Source of the DNA: an uncultured delta proteobacterium
GTDB taxonomy: Bacteria > Desulfobacterota > Binatia > Binatales > Binataceae
Reading direction: 5' to 3'
Length of the DNA stretch: 64,000 nucleotides
Assembly: GCA_963724765.1 (NCBI GenBank)
Contig: CAVRVY010000003.1
Span: forward strand, 160,001 to 224,000
Part shown: positions 62,731 to 64,000 of the stretch, in pieces
Layout: every line of letters begins with the position of its first letter
Numbering within the stretch: the stretch's first letter is position 1
The notes under the pieces: model-generated
The model's input: the letters and a program-made list of their open reading frames with translations, nothing else
Databases searched by the model: none
What the model was told of the DNA's origin: nothing
Position numbers and translations under genes: made by a program

Positions 62731-63287
62731 AGGCAATGAGTAAAGGATGTCTCTCATTTTGTTGGTTTTCCTCTGGATTCGGCGCCGGGGACAGAAGAAC
62801 CATGGGCACTGAGGTTCTGACAATTCGAAATCGGCAGGGCTTTGCTGATGGAGCGGGTATCGCGTGATGCTCAGTGAAGTGGATACTTCTCGAAAATATG
62901 TCGTACCGAAGCTCCTCGCGGCCGGATGGGGCACCGGGGCGTTGCGATGCAGAGAGATTCGGCGAAAACGTCCGAAATTGCCCGGCGCGCTGATTCTCCG
63001 GTGTCCTTAAAATCGCACGAAGCCCTGCACGCCTGTGTTAGGGAGAATTTGTTGCCTGGGACTCGGCTCTGCTTCGGGTCCCTTTCGCTACCCGGCCATA
63101 GATCCCCACAGCGGACAGCGCGTTTGGATGGCAGACGCAAAGCTCAAGAACGTAGCTTTGCGTTCGCCGAGACACTCGCAAAAATTGACCGCCTACCACG
63201 CGGTCGAGCCTGCACGAGGGCATCAAGGAACTGGAAAGTCGTATCGAGATAATGTGGACACGTTGAGCCGTGATTCCTGGAGAGAAC

Positions 63288-63554
63288 TCATGGCCGAAGA
63301 GCTGTCGCGGGATAATAAATTCCCTCCGGCTGCCGCACCCACCACGCGCCTGTGGCTTCTTTTTCTTCACGGCTGGAAAAGCGATAGTCGTAAAGCAAGG
63401 CGCGCACGTAAAGAGGCGGTTTATGAGGAAACGGATTGCTGCCGAGCAGCGCAGTCACCTCCGGCGAATTTTCCAGCAACCGCTGCAAGAACCGCAAAAA
63501 CCAGGGATTTTGCGACGCTGTACGCTCGCGGCGGACCGTGTTTGTTGTTTGCAT
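63288..63554 (-). pseudogene. Lipase maturation factor family C-terminal fragment
   Basis: WF.RFL.RLL.NSP.V..LL..NPFP..PP.YVRA.LY.YRF....TG.WW. Confidence 0.75.
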
Positions 63555-63744
63555 AGCGCCAGATTATGCCTGAAGACTAAAAGAGGGTCGCGGCGGACCC
63601 TAATCCGGAGGGCAGTCTTTGCTTTCTACTAAACTACACCGGTGCCCAGCAGTCCACTTCCAGTCGTGGAGATACTATCTTCGGATCTGGCTTTTCGGCA
63701 GGGGCTGTTTTGGTTCAGCCTCGCCGTAGAACGTAGCTCAAGAC

Positions 63745-63777
63745 AAAAAAGGGCCGAGCCCTTTAGAGCCCGGTCCC
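63745..63777 (-). terminator. Rho-independent terminator
   Basis: Minus strand GGGACCGGGC-TCTAAAGG-GCTCGGCCC-TTTTTT. Confidence 0.65.
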
Positions 63778-63798
63778 TCATCTCACGTCGTGGTCGAA

Positions 63799-63999
63799 CT
63801 ATTTCTTGACCTTCGCCTTTCTCGCCCGTGCTGCTGATCCATAGCGTCTACTAAAACACTTGCGGCATCGGCGATCCCGCCGCTTGATGAAACTCGGAGC
63901 CAGGTCATCGCTCCCGCAATAGCGGCAAACCAGTTTGTCTGATTTCGACTTACTGCCTACCTCCTTCCGGAGCGGCCGTGCAGACTCAGCCTTTTTCCG
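63799..63999 (-). CDS. 3' end of a basic protein with CxxC...CxxC, runs off the window edge
   Basis: Manual translation ...KLVCRYCGSDDLAPSFIKRRDRRCRKCFSRRYGSAARARKAKVKK-stop, followed by the terminator. Confidence 0.6.
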   Translation of the reverse strand, partial: RKKAESARPLRKEVGSKSKSDKLVCRYCGSDDLAPSFIKRRDRRCRKCFSRRYGSAARARKAKVKK

Positions 64000-64000
64000 C

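Overview
A GC-rich bacterial accessory region with four parts. (1) 1-21.9 kb: TolC-like protein, Crp/Fnr regulator, a TetR-controlled aromatic-catabolism operon and an xfp-glgP-pgm-malQ-tal-pgi operon. An IS21 element cuts that operon and abuts a truncated large serine recombinase and the 3' half of a tRNA-Thr(CGT) (att-like site). (2) 22.4-37.6 kb: an arsenic/phosphate island (acr3, arsR-arsC fusion, gap-arsJ, arsC, four pstS-related segments, pstCAB, arsR, arsI-like, arsM), followed by an ECF sigma factor and a Cys-rich anti-sigma factor with a duplicated promoter motif. (3) 37.6-58.2 kb: an IS-riddled cargo region (integrase-core/rve elements, IS3, IS1380, two IS110 types) carrying two patatins, a chitosanase-like peptidoglycan-binding enzyme and several unknown membrane proteins and lipoproteins. 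(4) 58.2-64 kb: a probable CxxU selenoprotein, a FAD oxidoreductase and defence-gene relics. Main observations: both IS110 types carry non-coding regions whose apparent bridge-RNA guide segments match their own insertion sites inside other mobile elements, and one of those targets has an unoccupied copy in this window. There is also an in-frame UGA with a SECIS-like hairpin in an AhpD/CMD-family gene, and a candidate As(III)/thiol-sensing ECF module. All family calls rest on motif recognition by eye; no searches were run. Several single-base frameshifts may be sequencing errors.
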